Of a stretch of DNA of 64,000 nt, positions 19,208-29,070 are shown piece after piece. This DNA is from Candidatus Latescibacterota bacterium (GTDB taxonomy: Bacteria > Latescibacterota > UBA2968 > UBA8231). Every line of letters begins with the position of its first letter. Within the stretch, counting starts at the first letter, position 1. Under the pieces are notes generated by a model that had not been told where the DNA came from, made no database searches, and saw only the letters and a list, made by a program, of their open reading frames with translations. The translations under genes and the position numbers were made by a program. The stretch lies in the NCBI GenBank assembly GCA_965242865.1, contig CBDETK010000013.1, positions 512,001 to 576,000 of the forward strand. The letters run 5' to 3'.

Positions 19208-20119
19208 ATGATCGATCAGACTTTGCGCGACCAACTAAAAAACGTCCACGGCTATGCGCTGACCATTTACCAGCGCGGCGATCGCTGCGCCCTCGACTTG
19301 GACGGGTTTGCCCGCAATATGGCGTGGGCGGCCGACCGGGGGGTGCGGGTGTTCGTGGTGGCTGGCGGAACGGGCGAAAACGACGCGCTGGCCCCACCCG
19401 AGCGCGTGGCACTGGCCGAATGCGCCCTAGCAACGGTGGGCGACCGGGCGCTGGTGGTGCCGACCTTGCCTGGCAATTTGGGCGAGGCCGCCCAGTTAGC
19501 ACCGCGCTACGAGGCGTTGGGCTTGCGCGTGGCACTGGCAATGGCCCCCTACACGCGCCACGAGGCACCGGCCGATCCCGAAGGCGTGTATCAATACTAC
19601 GCAGCCTTGGGGACGCGGTCCGGGCTGGCGCTGATGCCCTACAATACGCAGGGCTGGTCGGCCGAGCTTTTCGAGCGGCTGGCCGTAGTGGAGCCGATCG
19701 CCGCGATCAAGGACCCCTGCGCGGACCCGCATCCCCTCTTCCGCGCCATCAAGCGGCTCGGCGACCGCTTCGTCTGGATCGGCAACAAGCGCCACGACCC
19801 GGGCGTGTTGCACTTCCGCTTCCAAGCCGGGATCGAGGGCTTTACCGCTGGTTTTGTCAACTTTGCCCCCCAGCTAGAGCTGGCGCTGTTTGCGGCCGCG
19901 CAACGGCAGGATTGGCCGCTGATGATCGAGCTACAAGAGCAGTTGGCCCCGTTGGAGCGGCTGCGTGCGCACTTTGACGACGCGGCCATGCTCAAGGCGA
20001 CGATGGAGCTGATGGGGCTGGCCGGCGGGGCGGTGCGCCCGCCGCGCATGGACGTACCGCCAGCGGGGCGCGAGGCCATTAAAAGGGAATTGCAGCACTT
20101 GGGGATTTTGGGCGCGTAG
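19208..20119 (+). CDS. Dihydrodipicolinate synthase family lyase/dehydratase
   Basis: GGTGE, MAPY, MPYN, AIKD (Schiff-base Lys), VRPPR. Confidence 0.85.
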   Translation: MIDQTLRDQLKNVHGYALTIYQRGDRCALDLDGFARNMAWAADRGVRVFVVAGGTGENDALAPPERVALAECALATVGDRALVVPTLPGNLGEAAQLAPRYEALGLRVALAMAPYTRHEAPADPEGVYQYYAALGTRSGLALMPYNTQGWSAELFERLAVVEPIAAIKDPCADPHPLFRAIKRLGDRFVWIGNKRHDPGVLHFRFQAGIEGFTAGFVNFAPQLELALFAAAQRQDWPLMIELQEQLAPLERLRAHFDDAAMLKATMELMGLAGGAVRPPRMDVPPAGREAIKRELQHLGILGA

Positions 20120-20122
20120 GCA

Positions 20123-21937
20123 ATGCAATCGTTGCCCTTGTTGCCCATTACCTTGTTGGGGGTGGCCGTTGATCTGTGGCTGCGGCCCACGCTCGACTTG
20201 CGGCCTACGCAATGGGCGTGGTGGGGGCTGTCGGTGGGGTTCTCGCTGGCGCTGTGGCAGGGCCTTTTCGCGCTTAGCCGCCGGCAAGCGGCGTTGGTCC
20301 CCGTCGTCGGCACGGTGACCGCGACGCTGGCCGTGGTGTGGCTCGGCTTCCACGAGGTATTTTACTGCTGGCCGACGGCCTACGCGCTCGTACATTCGGC
20401 CGGCCATCCCCGCGAGGCGTGGGGATACATCCGCAATGAGGCCGATTGGGGCGATGCGGTCGTCTGGGTTGTTGTTGGGACCTTGGTCGTGGGCTGGTGG
20501 CACTACAAGCTCCGCTCGGACCGCCCGGGCGCACCCGGCAGAATGTGGGCCGCGCTGGGCTTGGCCGGGGCGGTGGCCTTTGGCGCGGTGCATCGCCACG
20601 CGAGCATCATGGTGCCGGACGCCGCGGCCGCGAAGCTGGCCATTGACCTCGCCGTCCACTCGCTCATCGGCGGGGTGCATGGGCGGTTGTTGCAAGCGAG
20701 CCGCCCGGCCGCGCCGGCCCTGTACAGCGGCGCGCCCGTAGATGCGAGCGCACCCAACCTCATCGTGGTAATCGGCGAAAGCGTCGCGCCCGGGCGCACC
20801 GGCCTCTACGGGTACGAGCGGCAAACCACGCCGCGGCTAGCAGCCGTGCGCCAAGCGCGACCGGCCGATTGGGTGCAGCTAAAAAAGGCCGTGTCCAATG
20901 CCACGGCGACCAAGGTGGCGCTGCCAGCCATGTTGACCGGGCTTTTTCCGTCGCGCCCGCCGGTGGACCAGCACACCTTCCCGCTGCTGTGGCACTATGC
21001 CCACGCCGCCGGCTATCAGACGGCCCTGATCTCGGCGCAGAGCTATGCTTGGAACAATCTCGAGGGATTTTTCGTGGATGACGCGCTGGACCACGTGTTC
21101 ACGCTCGAGCGCTCGGACGCTGCGATCGTCAATTCCGAGGGCATGGACGATAGCCGGATGATGGCCGAGGCCCTCGCCACCATCGACCGCTTGGCCGCCC
21201 GCGGCCCGTTTGTGGTGGCCCTGCAATTCAACTGCACGCACTATCCGGGGTACGCTCCGCCCGACTGGCAGCCGTGGCCGGACGCGCCCTACGACAATGC
21301 GGTCGCTTACATGGACCACCTGCTCGGACGGCTGTTCGACCACCTCGACGCCCAAGGCCTAGCGGCCAATACGAGCGTGATCTTTGTGGCCGACCACGGC
21401 GAGGACCTCGCCGGCGTCCACCAGCTCCACCGCACGGATTCGTATTACCAGACCGCCATTGCCATCCCGTTTTTTGCCGTGGTGCCCGAGCGGCACCGGC
21501 AGCGGTTGGGTGCTCGCTACGACCAGTGGCGGCAAAACGCGCCGGCGCGGGTCGCGCTGACGGACTTGGTGCCGACCGCGCTGGACCTGCTCGGGCTGTC
21601 GGCCGATTCCCTAGTCGGCGCGTGGCAGGAGCGCCTCGACGGCCGCTCGCTGCTGCGGCCGCTCGCCCCCGACCGCCTGCTCGTGGTGGTCAACACGGAC
21701 GAACACGTGCAGTGGTCGCGCAAAGGCTACGCGGTTGTGGCCGACGATTGGAAATACATCAACTACAGTTGGCGCGGCTCCATGCTGTTCGACTTGGCGA
21801 CCGACGCGCTGGAGCAGCGCGACTTGCTGGCCGGGGGCGAGCGGGTGCTGAGTGGGGCCGGGCAGCGGCATGTACGCCGCGTGCGCGCCTTGGTCGCCCA
21901 GACGCCGGCGCTGGCCGACATTCACGTAGAGTACTGA
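20123..21937 (+). CDS. Membrane-anchored phosphoethanolamine-transferase/sulfatase-superfamily protein (EptA-like)
   Basis: N-terminal TM helices; VVIGES, YGYERQTTPRL, ATATKVALP (catalytic Thr), THYP, YDNAVAYMD, ADHGE. Confidence 0.8.
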   Translation: MQSLPLLPITLLGVAVDLWLRPTLDLRPTQWAWWGLSVGFSLALWQGLFALSRRQAALVPVVGTVTATLAVVWLGFHEVFYCWPTAYALVHSAGHPREAWGYIRNEADWGDAVVWVVVGTLVVGWWHYKLRSDRPGAPGRMWAALGLAGAVAFGAVHRHASIMVPDAAAAKLAIDLAVHSLIGGVHGRLLQASRPAAPALYSGAPVDASAPNLIVVIGESVAPGRTGLYGYERQTTPRLAAVRQARPADWVQLKKAVSNATATKVALPAMLTGLFPSRPPVDQHTFPLLWHYAHAAGYQTALISAQSYAWNNLEGFFVDDALDHVFTLERSDAAIVNSEGMDDSRMMAEALATIDRLAARGPFVVALQFNCTHYPGYAPPDWQPWPDAPYDNAVAYMDHLLGRLFDHLDAQGLAANTSVIFVADHGEDLAGVHQLHRTDSYYQTAIAIPFFAVVPERHRQRLGARYDQWRQNAPARVALTDLVPTALDLLGLSADSLVGAWQERLDGRSLLRPLAPDRLLVVVNTDEHVQWSRKGYAVVADDWKYINYSWRGSMLFDLATDALEQRDLLAGGERVLSGAGQRHVRRVRALVAQTPALADIHVEY

Positions 21938-21945
21938 AGGGTAGG

Positions 21946-24069
21946 GTGCAGCGGTCCATTCCCAAGACATTTGCCTCCGCCCAATCTCGCCCAGCGGCCG
22001 CGCTGGGCGCGACTTGGCGCGGCTTTTGGACGGGCATCTTTCTCAGCTTCTTCCTCGCGATTGGCGCACCATACTCCAACATGGCCATGCATGCGACCTT
22101 CATGGCGTGGGACTTCAACACCCCGGGCGCGATCTTTTTGTTCCTCGTGCTCATCGGCCTGCTCAACGTCCTGTTCAAGGTGGTGGCGCGGAACGGAGTT
22201 TGGGCACTGGGCGCGGCCGCGATCTCCTTGGTGCTCTATCTGGCGCATTACCTGCCCCAACTCCAGATCGACCTGTTTGATCCGGGCCTGTGGTTGGCCT
22301 CCTTTTTGGTGGCTTCGGCCTTGCTCAACGCGGCCTTGGTCTGGCGCGGGGGGTCGCTCGCGCTGGGCCGCGCCGACTTGGTCTTGGTGTACCTCATGCT
22401 CTTGATGGTGTCGGGCCTGTGTACTATGGGCATGAGCCAGCAGTTGCTGCCCATTCTCGCGGCCTTTGCGTACTACGGGACGCCGCAAAACAAGTGGCAG
22501 GACCAGCTCGGCCCGCTCTTGCCCGAACACGCGATTTTGGTAGATGACGGAGCGGACAACCGCGCCTTTTTTGAGGGGGGAGCAATCCCTTATGGGGCTT
22601 GGGTCGAGCCGCTGGTGTGGTGGGCGGTGTTTCTCGTCGCGCTCTACGCGACGATGGTGGCCGCGGCCGTGATCTTGCGGCGGCAGTGGATGGACCGCGA
22701 GCGGCTGGCGTACCCGGTGGCGCAAGTGGGGGCGGCCATGGTGCAGGGCGAGGGCCGGGGTTTGGTCAACCGCTTTTTTAAGAGCCGGGCCGTCTGGTAT
22801 GGCTGCGCCATCCCGGTGCTGTGGGGGTCCCTTGAGGCCCTGCACCACTACGATCCGTCGATGCCCAATGTAAGCCTGCATTGGACTATGCCGTATTTCG
22901 GCCAGCGCTTGCAACTGCGAATAATTTTCGCGCTGGTGGGGTTTTCCTATTTGATCAACACCAGCATCTCGGCCGGCTTGTGGGTGTTTCAGCTCTTGGT
23001 GCGGGCCGAGTCCGAGTTCCTGCTGCTGCTGGGCATGACCTCCAAGCAGAAGTTTGTCTATGGCATTGCCTTCCAGCCCTATCTGGCCTATCAGGGCGGC
23101 GGCGCGTTGCTGGCGCTGGTGCTGGCCGGCTTTTGGGTGGGCCGCGAACACCTCAAGCGGGTGTTTCGCAAGGCGTTTGGCGGCACCCGCGACCTAGACG
23201 ACCGCGACGAGATCCTCTCGTATCGCGGCGCGGTGTGCGCCTTGCTGGCCGGCGTGGCGACGATGGTGGGGTGGCTGTGGCTGATGGGGGTGCAATTATG
23301 GGTGGCGGCGGTGTTTATTGGATTGGCACTGTTGATCTTTATCGGGATTAGCCGGATTGTGGCCGAGGCTGGGTTGGCGGCCGTGCGCTCGCCCATGATC
23401 GCGCCGGACTTGATGATCCACGGCCTGGGAGTCAACCTGCTCGGCACCAGCGGGGTGTTCAATTTGTCGCTGGCCTATATCTGGTGCGCCGACATCCGCA
23501 TCTTTGTGATGGCGCTGTTGGCCAACGGGCTCAAGCTGGTCGAGGACGTGACGCGGTCGAGTCGGCGGCTGGTGCTGTGGGGGGTGTGCTTGGCGATCTT
23601 GATCGGCGCGGCCGGCTCGTGCTGGATGGTGCTGCAGATGGCGTACCGGCACGGAGGAATCAATCTGGCGGGGTGGATCTTTAAGGGCGGGCCGTCCACC
23701 GTGTACAACTATGCGGTGCGCGGGCTGGAGCCGGCCGGCGTGGCCTGGGATGGACTCGCTTTTTGCGCCGGCGGTGGGGCGGTCATGCTCTTGCTGATGT
23801 GGGCGCGGCACTGCGTACTGTGGTGGCCGTTGCACCCGCTGGGCTTTGTGGTCGCGGCCAATCACCTGATGGACAAGATCTGGTTCAGCATCTTCATTGC
23901 GTGGGCGGTCAAGCGGCTCGTGCTGCGCTTTGGCGGGCCGGTGCTCTACGCGGCGAGTGTGCGCTTTTTCTTGGGGCTGATCATGGGCGAGAGCCTGTGC
24001 AACGGCCTGTGGATTGTCATTGACTACTTTACCGGCCAGACCGGCAACAAAGTGTTCATCATCGGCTGA
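21946..24069 (+). CDS. Polytopic membrane protein, DUF6785/OPT-like putative transporter
   Basis: Many TM helices; RRQW..RERLAYP, RIVAEAG, WWPLHPLGF; probable GTG start at 21946. Confidence 0.75.
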   Translation: MQRSIPKTFASAQSRPAAALGATWRGFWTGIFLSFFLAIGAPYSNMAMHATFMAWDFNTPGAIFLFLVLIGLLNVLFKVVARNGVWALGAAAISLVLYLAHYLPQLQIDLFDPGLWLASFLVASALLNAALVWRGGSLALGRADLVLVYLMLLMVSGLCTMGMSQQLLPILAAFAYYGTPQNKWQDQLGPLLPEHAILVDDGADNRAFFEGGAIPYGAWVEPLVWWAVFLVALYATMVAAAVILRRQWMDRERLAYPVAQVGAAMVQGEGRGLVNRFFKSRAVWYGCAIPVLWGSLEALHHYDPSMPNVSLHWTMPYFGQRLQLRIIFALVGFSYLINTSISAGLWVFQLLVRAESEFLLLLGMTSKQKFVYGIAFQPYLAYQGGGALLALVLAGFWVGREHLKRVFRKAFGGTRDLDDRDEILSYRGAVCALLAGVATMVGWLWLMGVQLWVAAVFIGLALLIFIGISRIVAEAGLAAVRSPMIAPDLMIHGLGVNLLGTSGVFNLSLAYIWCADIRIFVMALLANGLKLVEDVTRSSRRLVLWGVCLAILIGAAGSCWMVLQMAYRHGGINLAGWIFKGGPSTVYNYAVRGLEPAGVAWDGLAFCAGGGAVMLLLMWARHCVLWWPLHPLGFVVAANHLMDKIWFSIFIAWAVKRLVLRFGGPVLYAASVRFFLGLIMGESLCNGLWIVIDYFTGQTGNKVFIIG

Positions 24070-24087
24070 ACATCGTGCCGAAGGAAT

Positions 24088-24822
24088 GTGACCTCAGTGA
24101 TTGACCAAGTGCTTATTTTGGCGGCCGGCCATGGCTCGCGCCTGCGCGACCACGTGCCGGTGGAACACAAGGGGCTCGTCGAAATGGGGGGCGAGCCGCT
24201 CTTGGGGCGCACCTGCCGGGTGCTGGGCGAGCTGGGCGTGCGGGAGGCGATCGTAGTCACCGGGCACCAGGGCGCGGCCGTGCAAGCGGCCCTGCGCGGG
24301 CTGGGCGATTTGGGGATTGCGCTGCGCTTTGTGGAAAATCCGCAGTGGAAGCGGTCCAATGGGATTTCGGTGTTGGCGGCGACCGAGCTGCTCGCCGAGC
24401 AATTCCTCCTGCTGATGGCCGATCACCTCTTTGACCCGGCGATGGTCGCGGCGATGCGCGGCGTTAGCTTGCGGCCCGGGGAGGTGGTGCTGGCGGTGGA
24501 CCGCAAGCTGGACTCGATCTACGACATGGACGATGCCACGAAGGTGCGGCTGGAGGGCGAGCGCGTCGCGGCGATTGGCAAGGAGCTAACGGATTTCAAC
24601 GGCATTGACACCGGCCTGTTCGCTTGCAGCCGCGCGTTGCTGACGCCCCTGAGCGCGGTAAAAGCGCAGCGGGGCGATTGCAGCCTGACCGATGGGATGC
24701 GGGCGTTGATTGCGCGGGGCCGGTTGCGGGCGTTGGACATTGGCGCGGCGTGGTGGCAGGATGTAGATACGCTGGGGGCCTTGGCACACGGCGCACGGCT
24801 GCTGCAGGAACACGAGCGCTAG
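24088..24822 (+). CDS. NTP transferase (inositol-1-phosphate/phosphocholine cytidylyltransferase-like)
   Basis: LILAAGHGSRL..K, NGISVL, LLMADH, DDATKV, GIDTGLF, WQDVDT. Confidence 0.85.
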   Translation: MTSVIDQVLILAAGHGSRLRDHVPVEHKGLVEMGGEPLLGRTCRVLGELGVREAIVVTGHQGAAVQAALRGLGDLGIALRFVENPQWKRSNGISVLAATELLAEQFLLLMADHLFDPAMVAAMRGVSLRPGEVVLAVDRKLDSIYDMDDATKVRLEGERVAAIGKELTDFNGIDTGLFACSRALLTPLSAVKAQRGDCSLTDGMRALIARGRLRALDIGAAWWQDVDTLGALAHGARLLQEHER

Positions 24823-25049
24823 GAGAGCGGCTCGCTCTTGCTTTGTTTGCGTTTGTTTTTGCGGCGGTACAGCAGGTAAAAGGGGTACGAGGCCACGAGC
24901 GCGGCTGCGATAACCACGGCCGCGACCCAGCCGAACATGCTGCCGACGGCGCCGATGATGATGATCGGGCCGATGTACGCTTGGGCCGCGCTGCTCAACA
25001 GGAGCACGAGCGCGCCGGCGAGGCTAATTCTCGACAAAGGGCAGGGCAT
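24819..25049 (-). CDS. Small signal-peptide + TM protein with AYIGP motif
   Basis: Signal-like N-terminus ending AQA-YIGP, a hydrophobic helix, then basic RRKNKRK tail; overlaps the end of the ASST gene. Confidence 0.65.
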   Translation of the reverse strand: MPCPLSRISLAGALVLLLSSAAQAYIGPIIIIGAVGSMFGWVAAVVIAAALVASYPFYLLYRRKNKRKQSKSEPLS

Positions 25050-26343
25050 CTTGGGGTATCCTCTGGGCTTGGGTCATCATGCCGCGCAGGGGTTTGCCTT
25101 GGTATTCGGCGCGGTCCGGGTTGTAATACTCCCACACAATTTCGCCGGCCGGCGTGACTTCGAGCAAGCGGCCGCGTTGCGATTCCGTGATGAGGGTGTT
25201 GCCGTTGGGCAGGCGCTGTTGGGCGCCGCGGATCCAACTGTCGAACCGCTGGTCCGGGCTGGTGCCTTGGTACTGCCAGTAAATTTCGTGCGTAAAGAGG
25301 TCGATTTCGAGGACGCGGCTCGGGCCGAAGGGGTGGCCGCGCAGGCCCTGATTGTCGAAGAGCAGGACGCGGCCGTTGGGCAGCAGGTCGGGGTCGTGCT
25401 GCTGTTTCCAGATTCCTTCTCCATACCAGATCACTTGTTGCTCGCTGGGATCGACGATGATGAGGGCGTTGGGGTTGCGGAGGGAAATGAGCAGGTCGCC
25501 GGCTTTGATGCGCGGGACGCGGGCGGCCCACGCCGGCGGAATCAGCCGAATGGCGTTGGTGTGGGTGACTTCGCTGTGGCGGGTGGTCTGATAGCGGTCA
25601 AACACGCTGCGGTACGGCGAGTTTTTCAGGGCGCGAAAGATGGAAAAGCGCCGCTTCTCTTGGCCGGTTTGCCCGTCGATGACCACGGCAAAATCCTCGA
25701 TGTACGGGGGTTGGATGTTGCCGATGGGCGCAGTGCCGATTTCTTGCACCAGCGCGTAGATGTTGCCCTCGCCGTCGAGGTCGAAGTCGTGGTGGGCACT
25801 GCCGGTGTATTTCCAGATTACCTGTGAGTTTTTGTCCAGCTTGACGAGGCCGTAGCCGTAGGGGTAGTGGTTGACGTAATCGTGGTTGGCGAGCAGGTCG
25901 CCGTTGGGGTACAGGTGGGTGCGGTGCCAGTGCAGCATGTCGGGTTGCTGGGGGAAGGCGGCAAAGTCGTCTTCGTCAAAGGCGGCGGCAAAGTCGCATT
26001 GCCATTGGTGGACGATGGTGCCGAGGGAGTCCATGAGCACGGCCGCGGTGGCGTTTTTGGATACGAGGGTCAGCCCGGGCTGCATGGCGTCGGCGTTGTG
26101 GATGACGGCCCCGGACAGCGCGCTGGCGTCTTCAAACCACATAGTGCTGGTGAATTGGTTTTTGGTGTCGGTGAGGTGTTCGTAGAGATAGGCGAGGTGC
26201 CCGTAGGCGTTGACGGCCGGGATGCGGATGTCGGGCGCGGGGGCGAGGTGGAAGATCGCCGACACGACGCCGTAGATGTACGAGAGGAAGAGCAGGCAGC
26301 AGATTAGGGTGGCGATGTAGGCTTTGTGGAGGAAGGACGACAT
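25024..26343 (-). CDS. Arylsulfotransferase (ASST) family protein
   Basis: N-terminal TM; AHHDF, HTNAI, QQHDP, LFDN, QRLPNGNTLITE, GEIVWEY. Confidence 0.88.
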   Translation of the reverse strand: MSSFLHKAYIATLICCLLFLSYIYGVVSAIFHLAPAPDIRIPAVNAYGHLAYLYEHLTDTKNQFTSTMWFEDASALSGAVIHNADAMQPGLTLVSKNATAAVLMDSLGTIVHQWQCDFAAAFDEDDFAAFPQQPDMLHWHRTHLYPNGDLLANHDYVNHYPYGYGLVKLDKNSQVIWKYTGSAHHDFDLDGEGNIYALVQEIGTAPIGNIQPPYIEDFAVVIDGQTGQEKRRFSIFRALKNSPYRSVFDRYQTTRHSEVTHTNAIRLIPPAWAARVPRIKAGDLLISLRNPNALIIVDPSEQQVIWYGEGIWKQQHDPDLLPNGRVLLFDNQGLRGHPFGPSRVLEIDLFTHEIYWQYQGTSPDQRFDSWIRGAQQRLPNGNTLITESQRGRLLEVTPAGEIVWEYYNPDRAEYQGKPLRGMMTQAQRIPQDALPFVEN

Positions 26344-26392
26344 GGACTAGCTTATCGTAAATTCAACAGGATGGTATCGAGTGCGACCCGCG

Positions 26393-26552
26393 TCATCGGC
26401 TCGGTCTTCGCACCGCCCGTCTGGATTCGGCGATCACCTGTTCGATCTCTTCGGAGGGTATATCCTTAAAGCTCATGCGAAATCGCTCTACGGCTTCGCG
26501 GACATCTTCGCGGGGCTGATCCGGATCATCTTCCTCTATGCGAATGAAGGCC
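26393..26552 (-). pseudogene. Orphan C-terminal fragment of a small antitoxin-like protein
   Basis: ...VERFRMSFKDIPSEEIEQVIAESRRAVR* with no convincing own start; joined to the UPF0175 gene at a tandem duplication. Confidence 0.4.
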
Positions 26553-26837
26553 CTAACCTTGGTCTCCAAGAATCTCCTCCACTTTGCATTGGTCTCCAAG
26601 AATCTCCTCCACTCCGCAGTCGTTGATTGGGATTTGGCACTGGGAGAGGAGTGCCAGAAATGCGCGATAGGAGAGGCCCAACAGTTCGGCCCCTTTGCGA
26701 ATGGAGATGCGCCTTTGGCGGAAAAGGTCCAGCACCACGGCTTCTTTTATTGCGGCAGAGGCCGTGGCCGCGTCTGTCCAGAGGCCCTCGACTAGGGACT
26801 GGGGAAATTCTAGGGAAAGTTTGATCGTGTCTGCCAA
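26553..26837 (-). CDS. UPF0175-family antitoxin-like protein
   Basis: aggagg RBS + TTG; VLDLFRQRRISIRKGAELLGLSYRAFLALL HTH-like pattern; C-terminal VEEILGDQ is duplicated. Confidence 0.75.
   Translation of the reverse strand: MADTIKLSLEFPQSLVEGLWTDAATASAAIKEAVVLDLFRQRRISIRKGAELLGLSYRAFLALLSQCQIPINDCGVEEILGDQCKVEEILGDQG
26559..26613. repeat. Two perfect 25-bp copies at 30-bp period
   Basis: ttggtctccaagaatctcctccact at 26559-26583 and 26589-26613. Confidence 0.95.
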
Positions 26838-26897
26838 AATAGCCTCCTATCTACTTCTATGAGTATATAGCGGAGGGGTGCTTTTTGGCAACGGCGG

Positions 26898-27854
26898 CTA
26901 GCGCGGGTTGGGGGTGATGAGGACGGTGGCGGGGTCTATGTTGAAATTCTCAAGGAGCCAACAGGCGTTTTTGTGCATTTCAATTGCGCTGCCGAAAAAG
27001 GTCGCCAACCATAGCTCCCCGATTTCTTGCTTGTAATAGAACTTCTTGCCGGTTGCATGAATCGGTTCCGTGTGTACAAGGTATCGTCTTGACCCCGTCT
27101 TATGCACTGGGCAATTCTGGGCGGAGATTTTGCCCATTTCAATCAAGTGCTCGGCAACACTTTTCAACAGATCGACCCAATGTTTAATCGGTTTTGTACT
27201 CGAGTCTGGAAACCTGATCTTGGCGTTTGGCGGCGGTTTCTTCCCCTTTTCTATTTTCAATGACTTAATCAGCACCCAATCGCCGTTGTTGGACGGCTTA
27301 ACGATCTCCTTTTCGCTGCTTGGCTCAGGTTCGGGCGAGGATTTTGTCATTACGGGTGTCGCCGTCGCCTGTGGCTTGCCACTCGCCAAATTAGGTCGCC
27401 ATAGACCCAAAGCCTGCAACGCGCAAGCATAAGGCTCGTCTTGCGTCAGTTGGAATTCCATCAGGACGCGATCTTCGAGTTGACCTCTATCAAACACGCC
27501 GAACATTTGCCAATGGTCGCCGTTCGTGACGACCATATAGTCAATATCAGCCGTGTTAGCGTAGTTGAGTACCTGCATCGTTTCCGCCTCATCCAGCGGA
27601 GTCCCAAGAACTTTAGCTTCAATCACGGCTATCGGTTTATCGCTTCCCATCAGCGCGTAGTCAACCCGCTTTCGCTTGATCCCGTATTCGAGTTCGACGG
27701 AATCGGGATTTTCAACGTCCCAGCCTAGTGCGCGAAGCATGGGATCAATGAGTGCCTGCCGCGTCCGCGTCTCATAGCCTTCTAAGTATGCGCGATGCGC
27801 CTGAATGCGCTCTCGTAGCGTTTCGATGGTTGCTTTCAGATCGTCTAATGCCAT
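26898..27854 (-). CDS. HsdR N-terminal-type restriction endonuclease domain protein with a separate C-terminal domain
   Basis: ETRTRQALIDPMLRALGWD, RVDYAL, VIEAK, QVLNYA, VTNGDHW; Pro/Ser linker; AT-rich. Confidence 0.85.
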   Translation of the reverse strand: MALDDLKATIETLRERIQAHRAYLEGYETRTRQALIDPMLRALGWDVENPDSVELEYGIKRKRVDYALMGSDKPIAVIEAKVLGTPLDEAETMQVLNYANTADIDYMVVTNGDHWQMFGVFDRGQLEDRVLMEFQLTQDEPYACALQALGLWRPNLASGKPQATATPVMTKSSPEPEPSSEKEIVKPSNNGDWVLIKSLKIEKGKKPPPNAKIRFPDSSTKPIKHWVDLLKSVAEHLIEMGKISAQNCPVHKTGSRRYLVHTEPIHATGKKFYYKQEIGELWLATFFGSAIEMHKNACWLLENFNIDPATVLITPNPR

Positions 27855-27919
27855 TGGGGTAGCTCCTTTGCGGACGGGCGTCGCGCCATATATTGGTATG
27901 AATATCCTTTCAATAAGCC

Positions 27920-29008
27920 ATGCAAACGGATTTTAATCAAACGCGGCTGATGCGTTTTTTCGGCTGGCTGGTGCATGCGCATCCGAACTTTTGGATCGAT
28001 GTGGGCAAGCTGGAGACGCGGCTGCTCAAGGGGCGGCTGGCGGGCCGAGCGGTAAAAGCCCCCATTTACGTCACCGGCTTGGCCCGCGCCGGCACGACCC
28101 TGCTGCTGAACCTACTCGCGTCCCACCCGCGACTGACCTCGTTCAAATACTGCGATTACTACGGCGCGTTCACGCCATTTTGGGCCGACCGCCTCTTTCG
28201 CGCGGCCGGCGTGGGTGCGGCGCGCAAACAAGAGCGCGCCCATGCCGACGGCGTGCTGGTCAACGCATACAGCCCGGAGGCCATGGAGGAAATCCTGTGG
28301 ATGCAGTTTTTCGATTATCTACACGACCCGGGCGTGAACAACGCGGTCGAGCGGCAAACCAGCCACCCGGAATTTGAGGCTTTTTACGCGGCGACCTTGA
28401 CCAAGCTGCTGCTGGCCCGCGGCCGCGAGCGCGTCGTCTCCAAAAACAACTACAACATCACGCGAATCGCGTATCTGGCCAAGCTATACGAGGACGCGCG
28501 CTTCGTCATTGCGGTGCGCCATCCGGTCGCGCACATCGCGTCCATGGCGCGCCAGCACCAGCGCAACTTGGCCCATTTCTCGTCCGCGGCTCACCGCCAG
28601 TACCTACGCAACGCCGGCCACTTTGAGTTCGGCCCCGAGCGCATCCCCATTACCATTGACCCAGAGAAAACGCAACACATCCAAACGCTGTGGGACGAGA
28701 GACGCGACGCCGAGGGCTGGGCTGAATACTGGAATGCGATCTACGCTTGGACCTACGAGGAGGTGCTGCAACACGACGCGCTCAAGACGCGCTGTTTGGT
28801 GGTGCCGTTTGAGCACTTGTGCTCGGCACCGCGGGCAAAAATTGCGGACCTGCTGGCGTTTTGCAACTTGGACGCGGACGCGGCGCAGATGCAGGGTTTA
28901 GCCGAGCAAGTCGCGCATCAACCCCAATACGAAGCGGCGTTCAGCGCGGCCGAGCGCGACGCCATCCTGCAAATCTGCGGCGCGACCGCGAAGAATTATG
29001 GGCTATAG
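27920..29008 (+). CDS. Sulfotransferase family protein
   Basis: IYVTGLARAGTTLL (5'-PSB loop), SPEAMEE, SKNNYN, AVRHP, VPFEHL. Confidence 0.85.
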   Translation: MQTDFNQTRLMRFFGWLVHAHPNFWIDVGKLETRLLKGRLAGRAVKAPIYVTGLARAGTTLLLNLLASHPRLTSFKYCDYYGAFTPFWADRLFRAAGVGAARKQERAHADGVLVNAYSPEAMEEILWMQFFDYLHDPGVNNAVERQTSHPEFEAFYAATLTKLLLARGRERVVSKNNYNITRIAYLAKLYEDARFVIAVRHPVAHIASMARQHQRNLAHFSSAAHRQYLRNAGHFEFGPERIPITIDPEKTQHIQTLWDERRDAEGWAEYWNAIYAWTYEEVLQHDALKTRCLVVPFEHLCSAPRAKIADLLAFCNLDADAAQMQGLAEQVAHQPQYEAAFSAAERDAILQICGATAKNYGL

Positions 29009-29070
29009 CTATCCTAAATGACTTGAAAGCACGGAATGTTCATCGACGCTGTTTTTTGCATAGAGTCGTC

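Noticed and set aside
21274-21945. N-terminal extension of the 931-aa ORF
   Set aside because: Shadow frame of the EptA-like gene in GC-rich DNA
26559-26613. Possible mini-CRISPR (25-bp repeats)
   Set aside because: Only two copies with a 5-bp spacer, lying inside a coding 3' end, and no cas genes; it is a tandem duplication
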